From Okamejei kenojei (Eukaryota): a stretch of 64,000 nucleotides of DNA. The position numbers were made by a program, and so were the translations under genes. The stretch spans positions 61,814,001 through 61,878,000 of the forward strand of contig CM069144.1 in NCBI GenBank assembly GCA_035221665.1. The letters are read 5' to 3'. Of the stretch, positions 63,119 to 64,000 are shown one piece after another. The notes beneath the pieces were generated by a model that was given only the letters and a program-made list of their open reading frames with translations, did not search any database and was not told the origin of the DNA. Within the stretch, counting starts at the first letter, position 1, and the number at the start of each line of letters is the position of its first letter.

Positions 63119-64000
63119 AGACCCTCAGACTGGATGGGCGTGAAGGGCAGAGAACTACAAGCTATAGCATTGCATGAAAAACAGTAAGCAGGTAACATGG
63201 AGACAGATTGCATAATGTTTAGTGTTCAGGGTTTGATACGAGGCTGTCATTTAAATGAGGAAGCTGGAGATGAATTGGGAACTCCATCATGATTGAACAG
63301 AGAGTGGGACTAAAATAGGACACATGATTACAGGGTCTCCTGGGGTTGGGAGCTTTGTGCAGTGAATGAACTCGGAGGAGGAGAATGAGTAGTTGACTTG
63401 CCTGGTTCAGAGGAATAACGGTGACATCATCATAAAATCTATTTGGTCACTTTTGGAACAAGGTGATCCAAGTTCACCTGCAATATTTAAAAAGCAGCAT
63501 GCAATGGAGATTAACAAATGTAATAAAATAGATTTGGTGCACAGTTTGACATATTAGTCACACATTGTTCAATATTGAAGGAAACAATCCAATCACACCA
63601 GACTCAAAAACAAAAACAAAACTGCTGGAGATCCCAACCAGTCAAGTGGCTTCTGTGAAAATACTGAGACCAGTTGGCATTTTGGTTTCAAGATTCCTTT
63701 TCTCAGGATGAGGTTAGAGTGGGGGGTTTACAGTTTTAAAAGCAGAGCCAGAGAAAGGAGTGGTGTGTTAGAAAAAAGATGGAAATGAAATAGGATCAGG
63801 TGTTAAAAGAGCAAGCATACAAGCGTTAGCAAGGTATTTTACAAATACAATTGAAAAATGAACAAATGCCTGTCATTAAATAAAATAATGATGCAGCAAA
63901 TATTTAACCTAATTTCAAATGGTTGTGTAAGTGATTAACTGTTGAAGATAAACATGTGCCTTAAAAACAATCAAAGTGAACCCTCGAATCAGAAATCCCC

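Larger units (their letters stand above)
984..64000. repeat. Higher-order tandem segmental duplication array (A-to-A spacings 5988, 21906, 24864, 5942 bp)
   Basis: Exon A ends at 1170, 7158, 29064, 53928 and 59870; introns and nested elements are collinear and highly similar between units. Confidence 0.95.

Overview
Eukaryotic, repeat-dense genomic DNA. The CR1-type LINE tails resemble those of cartilaginous fish, probably a skate or ray (inference). The only host coding signal is a minus-strand gene interior made of tandemly amplified 126-nt, phase-1/phase-1 exons, each encoding one calcium-binding EGF (cbEGF) domain. Twelve full-length exon copies are present: five type A, five type B and two type C. 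Nine are intact. A1 carries a 1-nt insertion, and both C copies are pseudo-exons. Six truncated 'type D' remnants also occur. The exons were amplified together with their introns as nested tandem segmental duplications: a ~22-25 kb long unit and a ~6 kb deletion-derived short unit, in the order short-long-long-short. The introns hold decayed, nested mobile elements: IR/DR-type Tc1, DIRS1-like tyrosine-recombinase retrotransposons with ITR/ICR ends, a BEL/Pao LTR element, several CR1 LINEs, PIF/Harbinger-like MITEs and a GC-rich retroposon. A 261-N assembly gap lies at 39507-39767. The gene's start and end are outside the window, so no gene symbol is assigned.
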